Positions 35,715 through 47,759 of a DNA stretch of 64,000 bases are shown piece after piece. This stretch comes from Selaginella moellendorffii (taxonomy: Eukaryota > Plantae > Lycopodiophyta). The translations under genes and the position numbers were made by a program. The notes beneath the pieces were generated by a model. It saw nothing but the letters and a program-made list of their open reading frames with translations, made no database searches and was not told the DNA's origin. The stretch spans positions 157,647 to 221,646 of the forward strand of contig NW_003314424.1 in NCBI RefSeq assembly GCF_000143415.4, written 5' to 3'. The number at the start of each line of letters is the position of its first letter. The stretch's first letter is position 1.

Positions 35715-37849
35715 ACAGCCATGACATCCTGGAAGAGAATCACACAACTTACAGGTGGAAATACTCAAACACATGACACGACCAATAAGACAAAAGATAA
35801 AGCTGCCAATCAAAGGACCAAGTGTTATGGGCTCCATAAAGCATACAGAAGCATGAAAAGACAACACATCAAATGTGCAGCATAAACACTTTCAAAAGGT
35901 GGTGAGAGTAGTTAGGAGACATTATAATAAGAAGGCAACAAATGAAGTCCCACCCCGGTTTAGAGTATAAGATCTTCCAAAATACGAAGGCTCCAAGGGG
36001 ATGGACTTCTGGATTGCACACATTCAGCAGCTTTACCAACTTGACAATTTACTTGTGGCCAATATAACATAGATAGATAGATAACTGTTTATAAAGGTCA
36101 TGTGTCTAATAGCATGTGATTTCCCATATATAAATCAAGCCACCTTCTCCATCCTGTTTCAGTCTCTCCACCTATGGGGCAATGCTTATTTATATCTTTC
36201 CACTCCTGTTTGCATTTGTATGACTGGTCTTTCTCATTTTTTGACTGGCACTTCTTTGACCAGCATACTCCCATTTGACTACATTTTTTTTTTGTTCTTG
36301 TTCTTGGTGGAGACAGTGCAATATTTAAGGTAATGCATCCATCAGAAAGATAGTTGGAGATGTAGATATGAGATTCCCAAAAAACCCAAAACAGGCTTTT
36401 GATCATTTCAAATTGATAGCTCATGAAGAGGATTGAAAGATTTCTACACAATTTCTATAGGGTGTTGGTGAGAATTCTCTTTGAGGCCCACCAACAACAT
36501 ATTTTAAAGCAATTCAGCAAAGTAGTCTATGTCTTCATAGATGGGCTTTTTTGGCAGCAAAATTCACAGCTACATGCACCTATAGAATCCCAGCTCCTTC
36601 CTTGGAATCCAAGCTTGAGCCCTATTTTGCAGCCACACAAACCCTTGAGAAATCTACTCCTTTGGTCTCCATAAGGAGATAGTGGTTATCAATTGCAATT
36701 GAGGGTGTCCTCCAAGCAGCACACTATCATGGGCTTCCTATAGTAGATTAAGAGTAGCTTCTCAAACTTTGCCAAATATTCATAAATGACCACAGATAAT
36801 AAAAATGCCAGAGAGATTGAAATAGGATGGAGTTTAATCAAACCAAACCTAATGATATTTGTGGCCCAAATGGAGGAAGCAATCAAAATGCTCCCTTGCA
36901 ATTAGACATTTACAACTTCATAATAGAGCTTTTATAGATATTGGATGCATAATGGCTGGCTAAAAAATTCACTTGGGTAGGTTATAAGATATTGTAGCAT
37001 ATGTAATTATGAGATGAGATTTGAATATACCATCATTGTGGATCTTTAGAACTTTGGGGGATAAATAAGGATAAAATAATCATTAAGGGCCCTCTCATCA
37101 AGCAATTGAATTAGCTTAAGGGAAAGAGATAGGGTTTGTTATATTTGGTATTAGAGCAAATAACACAGATGTAATATTAGAGCAAATCTATTGATTAGTG
37201 GCTACTTAAAATATAATATACCCTTGATCAAGATATATTCCAACCCCTAAACTTGAAATCGTACATATTGGGCATCCATGGACGAAGGTATCTATTATGG
37301 GATTACGGCACAAGTGAATGATTAATTGCCTCACATGGAATAATTAGTTTATATAATAGAAGGATTGGTAAATTTAATGTAGAAATGGAAATATTGATTC
37401 CTCTTAGCTTAGTAGGGGTTGTTAGTCAATAATTTAGTTTATACAACAAAAGGATTGGTAGATTCAATGTAGAAATGGAGGCATTAGTTCCCTTTAGCTC
37501 AGTAGGGATTGTTAATTAATAATCAATGAGGATATTTACATCTTTGAAGAAAGGGATAAGATTTAGATATATTATCATTATGTATCCTTGGAATCTTGAG
37601 GGATAAATAGGGATAAAATAGCCACTAAAGGCTTTTTTATCAAGTAATTACCCCTTTTCTAGTTAGTTTAAGGTGGGGCAAGTGTAGCACATGTGATTAT
37701 GAGATGAAATGTGGATATACTATCATCATGGATTTTTGGAACCTTGAGGGATAAATGAGGATAAATGTAAGTAATCAACTCCTCGAGGTGTCGTAAGCTA
37801 AATGATCCCCAAAAGCATGACTAAAATGATAAAGAGTTCATTGGATAAG

Positions 37850-38100
37850 ACCAAGTCCAAGATCGAGTCTAAGACTAACTCTAAAACCGAGTTCAAGACT
37901 GACTATAAAACCAAGTTTGAGATTGAGTCTGAGATTTGAGATCAGGTCCAAGACTAAGTTAGAGATCAAGTCTAAGACAAAGTCTGAGGTCAGGTCTAAG
38001 ATCGAGGCCAAGACAAAGTCTGAGGTCAGGTCCAAGATCGAGTCCACGATTGAATTGAGTCCGAGGTTAAGTCCAAGATCAAGTTTGAGACTGAGTCTAA
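37850..38100 (+). repeat. Degenerate 12-bp-period tandem array inside the LTR (second copy 52405-52665)
   Basis: Units like gagtctaagact/gagtccgagacc; produce the low-complexity KSKT/SPRS pseudo-ORFs. Confidence 0.85.
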
Positions 38101-41100
38101 ATACTAATACAGATTGTGGGCTGAAATCCCAAAGCATGTGTCTCCAAAGGGGGGGAGGGCTATAAGGGGTTCCAAAAGTATAATAGGGATAGTGAGGTCT
38201 AGGAACCAATCTTGAAGGAACTCTCCAATGGTGCTTCTAAACTGATTTAAAGTTGAGGCTAGAGTTTAAGGGCTTTGGGTGGGAGTGAACATGGATTTAA
38301 GTGGTGTCGGAGGGGCCACTCAAAGAAATGCTCAAGAGCAGCTCTCACTCCTGGAAGGGAAATCAATTGTGATGCTCTCAGATCATGTGAAATAGTGCCC
38401 CACTTGAGTACCTTATGGCTCATTGATCCTCACCCTTTTTAGGGGTTTGGACCTTTCCTTCAGGATGGAAGTGGGGGAGTAGAAGTACCCATATTGGGCC
38501 ATTAGAGCACAATGTTTCCACCCGATATCCCGAAGTAAGTGTTACATCTAAGGCTTGGGATTTAAAGGGTCCCATAATTAAACCTTGTTGTACCAAGAGA
38601 GGTCAAGAATCTAGAGGCTTGATGTGCTTTGCTGCTTATGTTTGTAAGGAGTGTAATCAAACCTTAAATCCAATCTAATCCAAAGAGGGAGGATTGGGAG
38701 AGAATTTAGGAATTCGTGGATGGATGGCTAACGCTTTGTTGTTCGTGTAGTGAGTTGTTAAAACTAAGTAGGACCAAGTAGAAGTTGGTACAATAGGCGG
38801 GAACCTTGACAAAGGAACTTAACTAGGGTCAAAGCCATGGTGGTCAGATAAACAAGGTAACCTAGTAAATTGGAAATGAAAAATTTATGATTTACAATTT
38901 GGTATTAAAGCCTTTCCTCAATTGTAGTGAAGGATAAAGGTGTATTGTTGGGAGATGGTTAATGCAGGGCATAAAAGAATCAAGGCGGAGACAGAAACCT
39001 CCTTTAGAGCTAGAGCCTCTAATCAAATAAGAAACTATGGATGAAGAATCCTTGCACAAGGAAGACTCTAGTGAGGAATCTTCCAAACAAAAGTCTGGTG
39101 AAGAAGTTTGATCGTCCAATGCTCAATTGGATGTTCTAGAAGGAAAATTGGCATAGACCAATACCATGTTAGAGACTTTTGTATGTAAGATAAAGTGTGA
39201 CAAGAAATGGAAGAAAAGGCAAAAGACTGCAAAGGCTAGCAACACAAAAGGTGTGGACCCTTTGGTGGGGATTGAGGTGGAACCGAATAAGGTTAAATAA
39301 ACCGAAGTAGAATCAATCCTTCAAACAGTTCTCAAGTACAAACCAAAGCCCCCATTAGTCCTCAAGGGAGTGAATGACTATAAAGTGGTGGAGGATTGGT
39401 TTTATGATATGAAGGATTACTTCTGAGCATTATGGTTATCAAGTTCAAAAAAGGTCCCATGTGTTAAACCATACTTGACAAATAATGCTAAGTCTTAGTG
39501 GAGAACAACAAAGGCTAACAAAGGATCGGCAGCCACTTGGAAAATGATGAAGATAAAGATCTGCACAACTTACATTCCTCTAAATACTACTTTGCACCTA
39601 AGGGATGAGTTAAGCAGACTGAAGTAGACAAGAACCATTCAAGAGTATGTGAATGCATTCATGGTGAAGAGGATCCTTGTCATAGATATGGGCAACATAG
39701 ATGCGTTTCATGCCTTCATATTAAGCTTGCAGATTTGGGCTCAAGGCGAAATGATGCGTTGAAACCCAACCAACTACAAAAAAGTGTTGGATGTAACTAT
39801 CAAGGTGCATTTCAATGATAATCTGCGAAAGGGGAACACAATGGGGTCAAAGTCTATATTTAATAAAGGAGCCAAACTAAGGGGGATATATAGCAAAGGG
39901 AAATTCAAGATTTATGAATAAGTCTTGAAGGTTTCAAAAGGTAGATCTGGTGGCTAGCGAGTAAGTACATGGGGGAGTTAAGTGAAAAGGGACAAACCCA
40001 CTAATAATAAGGTTAAGTTTGCTAATAGAATGGGAAACAATATATGCTTCAATTGCAATGAGTAACTTTGAGTTAGGGATTGGATCATGTACCTCAATTT
40101 AGATTTCACCCATAATGGTTATATTGACTCTGGCTTTCTTCGAATAAAGATATTCCCTCAAAAAGTGTTCTACTTCACCACGCGGGCAACTTTGCTAAAG
40201 AGTCATTTGCGACATCTACTAACCCTTTGAGGGAAGTTCGGGGATAGCTTTGTTAAGATCTTTATTGGCATAGATGTTTTAGATAATTTTGTGGTTGACA
40301 TAGTTTGGCAAGTTAGACTAACGGTGGAATGGTTAGGTGAACCAAGGACTATAGAGTTTGTTCAAGGTAACTAAAGCATCGATAAGGTATTTCGACATAC
40401 AAGAGTCAAAGGTGGGATATAGAAAGTATAAATGGATTTTAACGTGTTGGATATGGCGGGATTTGTGATTTTTGGGATGGATTGGTTCAATCAGTTTGTG
40501 ATAGCTCTACATAGACAAGATAGGAACCTTGTGGTATTAGTGAATGCCCAAGGAGAATGATCTAGAGTGGAAGCCCAAGATTTAAAGGTAAGGCAAAGTA
40601 AAGCCAGAGACTCCTATTTGAACCTAATGTCCACAAGAGGACAATTTACTAAAGGAACCAAAGTAGCATTTTTGTGCTTACTTTTAGTAAAGAGTGACAA
40701 AAAGATGGGAATAGAAAAAATACCTTTAGTGATCTAGTGAGAGTTAGACCAATTTCGAGATACCATGCCAGAGGAGTTACTGGCGGGATTACCCCCCGCA
40801 TGATCGATAGAACATAAAATCGAGGGTGCTAAAGTAGTGGTTTGTCCCCTTTATCGGTTGAATGAAAAAGAACTCAAGGAGCTCAAGTGTCAATTTGAGG
40901 AGTTGGTGGAAAAAAGGTATATTAGGTTGAGCAAGTTGTTATATAGGGCACCAATGTTATTGTGAAAAAGAAAGATGGCTCTATACACATGTGTATAGAC
41001 TATCAGTTGCTCAACAAGTATACAAAGAAAAATAAATACCTTTTACCAAAAATTGAAGACATATTCGATAGGTTATGAAAGGCAAAATACTTCTCGAGAA

Positions 41101-41605
41101 TTGACCTAAGATTAGAATACTACCAAATCTAGGTAGCATCGGATAAAGTATGGAAGGTTTTAGTTTTTAGTGATGCCCTTTGGGCTGTGCAATGCACTAA
41201 TGATATTCTCAGTGTTAATGAACCACATTCTTTTACCCTATTTGGATCATTTTGTGGTCATTTACATTGACGACATCTTGATTTATAGTGAAACATTAAA
41301 GAAACATGCCAAACAATTAATAAAGGGGTTTGAGAAATTAAAGGAGTACCAACTATATGCTTATTAGGTATGTGGTGGGGAATGATGGGCTCAAGGTACA
41401 CCTTGAGAAGGTCCAAGTGATTTTGGAATGAGAATAACCATTAAATGTACATAAATTATGGGTATTCTTAGAGCTATGCAACTACTACCAAAAGTTTATC
41501 AAACACTATTCGAGAGTAGCCTTACCTTTAACGGACTAAACGGGAAAAAAGAAAATGGTATAAACAACAAAATGTGAAATAACATTTGTCCACCTCAAAA
41601 GAAAG

Positions 41606-42046
41606 TGTAAGCAACCAAAGGGAATGTCTCGAGAGACAATCTTTAGGGGTTCTTAGAGAGGGTCTCGGGTCCAACATTGTTGGTTGGCTTAGAGAAATCA
41701 CACTATATATTGATTGACATTTGGCAGGTCTAGTTTGCTTCAGTTGGGCTTGACCCGAGGGGTAGGGTGTCAAGAGAGTAAGGCTCTCGGGAGAGCTACG
41801 GCTCTCAACTTCCATTCATAAGGGCATGAACTTGTAGGGAAGCATAGTGAATTGTAAGCAATCAAAGGGAATGTCTCAAGAGATGATCTATAGTTTTAAA
41901 TATAGAAGGAAAGGGCCCATAAATAAAAGTGCACCCCCTTTTTCAATCAGTTAAAGGTCTTGGGATACTTTGGGGTTAAATGTCCTTGGGTTTGAATAAT
42001 ATTAAGCTAAGTGACCTCCCAAGAAAACTAAATTTAGAAGCTTACA
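41606..42046 (+). mobile_element. Cassandra-like TRIM inserted in Gypsy RT/RNaseH; 5' LTR mostly deleted, 3' LTR 41853-42046 with 5S-like core
   Basis: TGTAA..TTACA ends, PPT agggaagcatagtgaa, TSD GAAAG/GGAAG; the host frame (HLK-K/LKKAP) rejoins across it. Confidence 0.8.
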
Positions 42047-43364
42047 GGAAGTTGAAGAAAGCTCCCATGTTAGCGTTATTAGACTTTGGTAAGGACTTCA
42101 AGTTAAAAACAAATGCTCCAAACTTTGTATTGAGTGTAGTTTTGAAACAAGACAAATATATAATAGCGTTCTTTTTGAAGAAGTTAAAAAAAGCTCAGCG
42201 AAAATGGCCTATCCACAAGAAGGAATTGTTTGTGATGGTCAAGGCACTCAAGGAGTGGCAACACTACCTTGGGAGACACTTCAAAGTTTATACAGATAAT
42301 ATGGTAAAGTTTACACTCAATTCATTTCTAAAGTTGTTATTGAATGAATAAATATAGGTTGGATGCTATATAAGTTAGTTTTCTAATGCAATAAGTATTT
42401 AAACAGCAAATTTTATGCTTAGTTCATCTAGCACAATGCAAGCTATTGAAAATATCAAGCATGGGAAGAGTAAATCATCAATATTGTGAATAGCAAACTA
42501 AGAAAATAGGTAAAACATAAAAGTATTTAGACATTTTATTGAATTCAATAGAACCAAAGTAATACAAGACCATTTAAGATTGGGAGGAAATAGTGGATAA
42601 AGTGTTGGTTACTTTATGTTTTTACTTGTAAATTAAAAAAAAACTAAAGGAATACTAGTGTTTGTGATAAAATACTTTTCTCTTGCTTTTTCAATTAGTA
42701 CAGATAAGTTGTTTTGAGTTGAATTATTTAATCAGTTTTTTGATGAATTTTTATTTAGGTTCAATTTACTATTCTATTTTGTTGTGAAACACTACATGTA
42801 ATTACATTATTTTCTTATGGTGAAGAGTAAAGATAAAGACTTGATAACTCAATATAACTATATAATCAATAAGTTTTGACCTAGATAGTGAAGAAGAAGA
42901 ATCAAGTTGCAATAATCCCTTTATATGGGTTTTGATAAGTATTCAAAAAACTGTAATTTGGACCAAAAATCTATTAATGAACTTCACCTCAAACCCAAAT
43001 AGAATGATGCATTATTAGTCAATAATGGAGATTTCACTTGTATTTTAGACACTCGAGTGATAATAAGGATTGTTAAATTGGATCCATAAAAATTTAATAC
43101 TTTTACCATTTTGTTGGCTTTTATAATTCCTTGAACTTATTAAAAGCTTTTTGAATTATTTTTCCTTGTCATTCAGTTCTATTCTTTTAGTGCCTCAGAT
43201 TCTCCTAATAAATACTTTGAACTCTTCCACATATTGTAATTTATCTTCAATAACAAATAGTCCATATGTAAAATATCTCCTAAACCACTGTAAAAAAACC
43301 AATGGAAAAATTATATTACTTGTAAGATGAGTTTTTTTATAGTATTTTACCTGTAAAAGGTACA

Positions 43365-43939
43365 TATAACCAAATAAATAAAATAGCTTAAAGATAATCT
43401 ATAAAATTTTAAATATCAATAATACACCACCTCTTTTTAATTAGTTAATTAGTTAAAAATTCTTGAAATTTGAATAGTACTAAGAATGAATGACATTCTA
43501 GAAAGTTCAAATTTAGAAGCTTATACTTTGTATCAGAGGGGTCTCAAGTTTAATTCCATTGGTTGGTTAGAGGAATCATACCACATGTTAAGTTAGATAT
43601 TTAATGGTGTAATTTACTAATATTAAGTTATATTTAAGGGGTAATGTGTTTTGCAAATGTTTATATACAGATTCCTTTTACACAAGTAGTCTCATCTCCT
43701 ATTGACACCATTTAACCTATCTTCTCGACTAAAGAGCAGGTGAAGAGAGTTGGGCTTTCAAGAGAGTTGTAGTTATTAACTTCTATTCACAAGGGCATGA
43801 ACTTGTAAAAAATTATGGTAGAGAACTTATAAAGAATTGTGATAGATTCATTTTTCAATCTGTTAAAGGTTTGGGATATATACATTTAAGTATCCATAGA
43901 TAGGTAGCTTTTTAAAAATTCTAAATTTAGAAGCTTACA
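43365..43939 (+). mobile_element. Older, AT-drifted copy of the same TRIM (left end approximate)
   Basis: aaatttagaagctta(t/c)a LTR ends at about 43525 and 43939, PBS-like tgtatcagagggg, shared internal caagggcatgaacttgta. Confidence 0.6.
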
Positions 43940-46900
43940 ATATATTTATCTCTGCATTAAAAAAGAATTTGTCATGCAAAAAGAACTAATATTGTTTAAC
44001 CTAGAGATTGATTAGATCTAGCAAAAGTCATAGAACTTTATTTTCTCTTAAAACAACTTATCAAAGATTTGTTATCTCATTATGCTTTCCCTTTCAGCTT
44101 AGGCATCTACTTCATTATCACTATTGTTACTGTCATTATTAACAATCCCCTCCTCACCATATTATATTGTCATTCCATCAAGTAAACCAATGTATATATT
44201 TCATCCTCATAACCTATTAAAAATCAAATTCCTAATTTACTAGCATATTATCACCCTCATGAATTAAATCTTCCATGCATGAGACCTATTCCGTTAGTTG
44301 GAAGTGGCAAGTATTAGGAGCACTCAAAAGAGAAAGAAGGGTAAGATGTTGTAGATAAGTTTACATCATATTGCTCTTGTCAGAGCTATTGCTTTCTATG
44401 GTTGGTTGCTTTCTTTGATGTTGAGTTCTTGTGTTTTTGTTTCTCACTCAGGATTATGAGTGTGTTTTTTAATGGGCTTAAATATATGTTTTTGAATATG
44501 GTATTTAATTATTTTTTATTATAGGTTCTGTGCAATAAGAACTTCCTCACTGGAAGACTTTAAGAATGTAACATCTAATAGTGTCATTGAGTTTATTAAA
44601 AGGTGTTATCTCACAAAAGCTCTTGGAGCCTTGCAAAAAGATTGAAACTAAAGGAATTATAGGGCTGGAAGCATTAGAGTTCCAGAAAGAGGATTGGGTA
44701 CAATTTGGGGCTCAGTGGGAAATGCAACGTGAATTGTGCAAGCACTTAATAGTATTGGCAAGTGACAGGAGCAAGTTCAAGTGGAGCATGTCAAGGACAC
44801 AACATGTGTAGGAAGCACATAGACGCTATATATACCAGCACTAAGAAAGTGGTACATATCTATATGGAATGTCGATAATGGAGGTTGTGGTACTGCCAAT
44901 TACATCCAAGCCTTCAAATTCAGGATGAAAAAAGTACATAAAGCACTATATGGAGCTCCTAATGTCAATGTAAGGCATCAACATAGCCAAGAGTAAAACT
45001 CACATGGACTACAACCTTAGTTCGACAAAAGTGGATCTCATTGGTAGGGAAGAAATTAACCATGCAAAACATGGAATTCAAGTGAGTTTTTTGGCTTGTA
45101 GCCCCAAAAATTAACTCTAAAAAAGTCACACTTTTCCTACTGCTTTCATGCAATGCCAATGAATAGTTTTTACTGTAACAGTGATTATCTTTGTGATAAA
45201 GTAGTTGCAACTAAAAAGTGTTCAAGTACCCTTCCCAATTGCCACTCCAAAATTCCAAAGGAAATGATAAAAGTATGCTCAATAATATAACCAAATGTAA
45301 GTTCTTCTTTTGTGTCTCTCTCTATTCTTTAAGAATGCATTTGAAATTCAAATGTTATGCTTCTAGCCAAAGTTGTGCACACAAGTTAGTGATGAATGTA
45401 ATATTTAGTTGTTCATGTTGCAAAAATATCTTTTAGAATTTTGATGAAGGAAATTAAGATGTTGCAAAGGGTTCCAAAAGTATAGTAAAGATAGTGAGGT
45501 CTAAGAACCAATCTTGAAAGAACTCTTTAATGGTGCTTCCAAACTGACTGAGGTGAGGTAGNNNNNNNNNNNNNNNNNNNNNNNNNNNNNNNNNNNNNNN
45601 NNNNNNNNNNNNNNNNNNNNNNNNNNNNNNNNNNNNNNNNNNNNNNNNNNNNNNNNNNNNNNNNNNNNNNNNNNNNNNNNNNNNNNNNNNNNNNNNNNNN
45701 NNNNNNNNNNNNNNNNNNNNNNNNNNNNNNNNNNNNNNNNNNNNNNNNNNNNNNNNNNNNNNNNNNNNNNACTTTAGTGGTGCTAAAGGGGCCACCCAAT
45801 GAAGTGTTCAAGAGTAACTCCCACTCTCGAAAGTGAAATTAACTATAGTACTTATAATTCATGTGGAGTAGTATCCCATTTGAGTACCTTGTGGTTCATT
45901 AGTCCTCACCCTTCCTAGGGCTTGGGCCTTTCCTTTGGGATGGAAGTGGGGGAATAGGGGTATCTATACCAAGCCATAAGGCCACGGTGTTTCCCCTTGA
46001 TATCTCAAAGCAAGTGTTGCACCTAAGGCTTGGGATTTAAAGAGTCCTATGATGATATACCAAGGGAGGTTAGAAATTTGGAGGTTTGGTGTGCTTGGCT
46101 ACTTATGTTTGCTGCGAGTGTAATTGAACATTAAATCCAATCTAACCTAGGGAGGGGGGATTGAGAGAGAATTTAGGAATTCGTGAATAGATGGTTAGTT
46201 GCTCGTGCAATGAGTTGCTAAAACTAAATAAGACCAAATAGGACAAAGTAGAAGTTGGTACATTAGGCAGGAACTTTAGCAAGGAAACTTAATTAAGGCT
46301 AAGGTTGTAGTGGTCGGATAAACGAGATAAAGTAGCAAATTAGAAAGGAAAAATTTGTAGCTTACAATAATATAGCAACTAAAGTCTCTTTCATCAAGCA
46401 ATTGCCCTTTTCTTTAGTTAGTTTAAGGGGAGAGAAATAGGATATGCTATAGATATGATTTTCTAGAGGAATGGAATATTAGAAGTTTTGTTTCCATTCA
46501 CAAATAAAATATCCACACAATTAGAGAACTACCAAATAATTATGATCTCCACCAGTTTTGCCAAAGTTAAGTGGAATTGCATAGAGTTCTACTTATTCTA
46601 GTCTTATATGAGTTTTATATAAGCCACTTTATCATATTAAAAATCACTATAGATATCAAATAATAAAGATAAAGAGCTATAGCCTTGTCTAGACTATGCT
46701 ACACTTGTAAACAACCACAAAAAATGACTTAAGATACAATCCATAAAGTTCAAATATAAAGGGAAAGGCCTATGAATAAAAATGAGTTAAGGGTCATGGA
46801 AGTGTTATTGGGTTTGAATAATACTGGGTTGGTTAACCTCCTGAAAAGTCCAAATTCAAGAAATTACATTTGTGGTATCAAAGGGGTTTTAGGTCCGACT

Positions 46901-47759
46901 CTATTGGTTAGCTAGATGAATCACATTACATGTTGAGATTGACATTTGGCAAGTTGGCTATGAGAATCCCACCACATGTTTGCCTCTGGCTAGGCTTGAC
47001 TCAAGGTGTAAGTGTAAGCCACAAATTTTTCCTTTCCAATTTGCCAGCTTACCTAGTCTATCCAACCAACATTGCCTTGCCTTGTGCTAAGTTCCCTTGC
47101 CAAGGTTCCCACCTATTGTACCAGCTCCTACTTGGTCTTACTTGGTTTCAGCTACTCACTACACGAGCAACGGAACATTATCCATCCATCCACGGATTCC
47201 CAAATCTCTCCCAATCCCCCTCCCCGGGTTAGACTGGACTTAAAGTTCGGCTACACTCCCCGCAGGCACAAGCAGCCAAGCACACCAAGCCTCCAGGTTC
47301 TTAACATCCCTTGGTACAATAAGGCTTGATCATGGGACCCTCTAAATCCCAAGCCTTGGGTGCAACAAGGCCCAAACCCCAGGACTAATTAGCCACAAGG
47401 TACTCAAGTGGGGCACCACTCCACAAGAGCCAAGAGCATCGCAGTTGGTTTCCCTTTCGGGAGTGGGAGTTGCTCTTGAGCACTTCCCTGGGTGGCCCCT
47501 CCGGCACCACCCGAGTCCATGCTCACTCCCACTTAAGGCCCCTTGGCCCCAGTCTCAACCTCAAGTCAGTTTGGAAGCACCACTGGAGAGTTCCTTCAAG
47601 ACTGGTTCCTGGACCTCACTATCCCTACTATACTTTTGGAACCCCCTGCAGCCGNNNNNNNNNNNNNNNNNNNNNNNNNNNNNNNNNNNNNNNNNNNNNN
47701 NNNNNNNNNNNNNNNNNNNNNNNNNNNNNNNNNNNNNNNNNNNNNNNNNNNNNNTAAGT

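Larger units (their letters stand above)
37766..46366 (+). mobile_element. Ty3/Gypsy retrotransposon copy 1, heavily decayed
   Basis: 5' LTR 37766-38896 (TG..CA), PBS at about 38900, stop-riddled gag/PR/RT/RNaseH to about 42303, partial 3' LTR about 45460-46366; flanks ATAAA/ATAAT (TSD with one mismatch). Confidence 0.85.
36993..46451 (+). mobile_element. Small non-coding LTR element (TRIM) whose 3' LTR is split by the Gypsy insertion
   Basis: LTR1 36993-37143, PBS tggtattagagc, PPT aggtggggcaag, LTR2 37683-37765 plus 46372-46451; perfect 5-bp TSD GATAT at 36988-36992 and 46452-46456. Confidence 0.75.

Noticed and set aside
37838-38209. Repeat-protein ORFs or a CRISPR-like array (also 52314-52698)
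   Set aside because: Translations of a 12-bp tandem array in the LTR; no unique spacers, eukaryotic context.
41975-42029. Genuine 5S rRNA gene
   Set aside because: Only about 55 nt, degenerate, and embedded in a TRIM LTR.
42303-45460. Transposase remnant in AT-rich DNA (also 35715-36990)
   Set aside because: Looks like decayed coding sequence but shows no diagnostic motif or termini.
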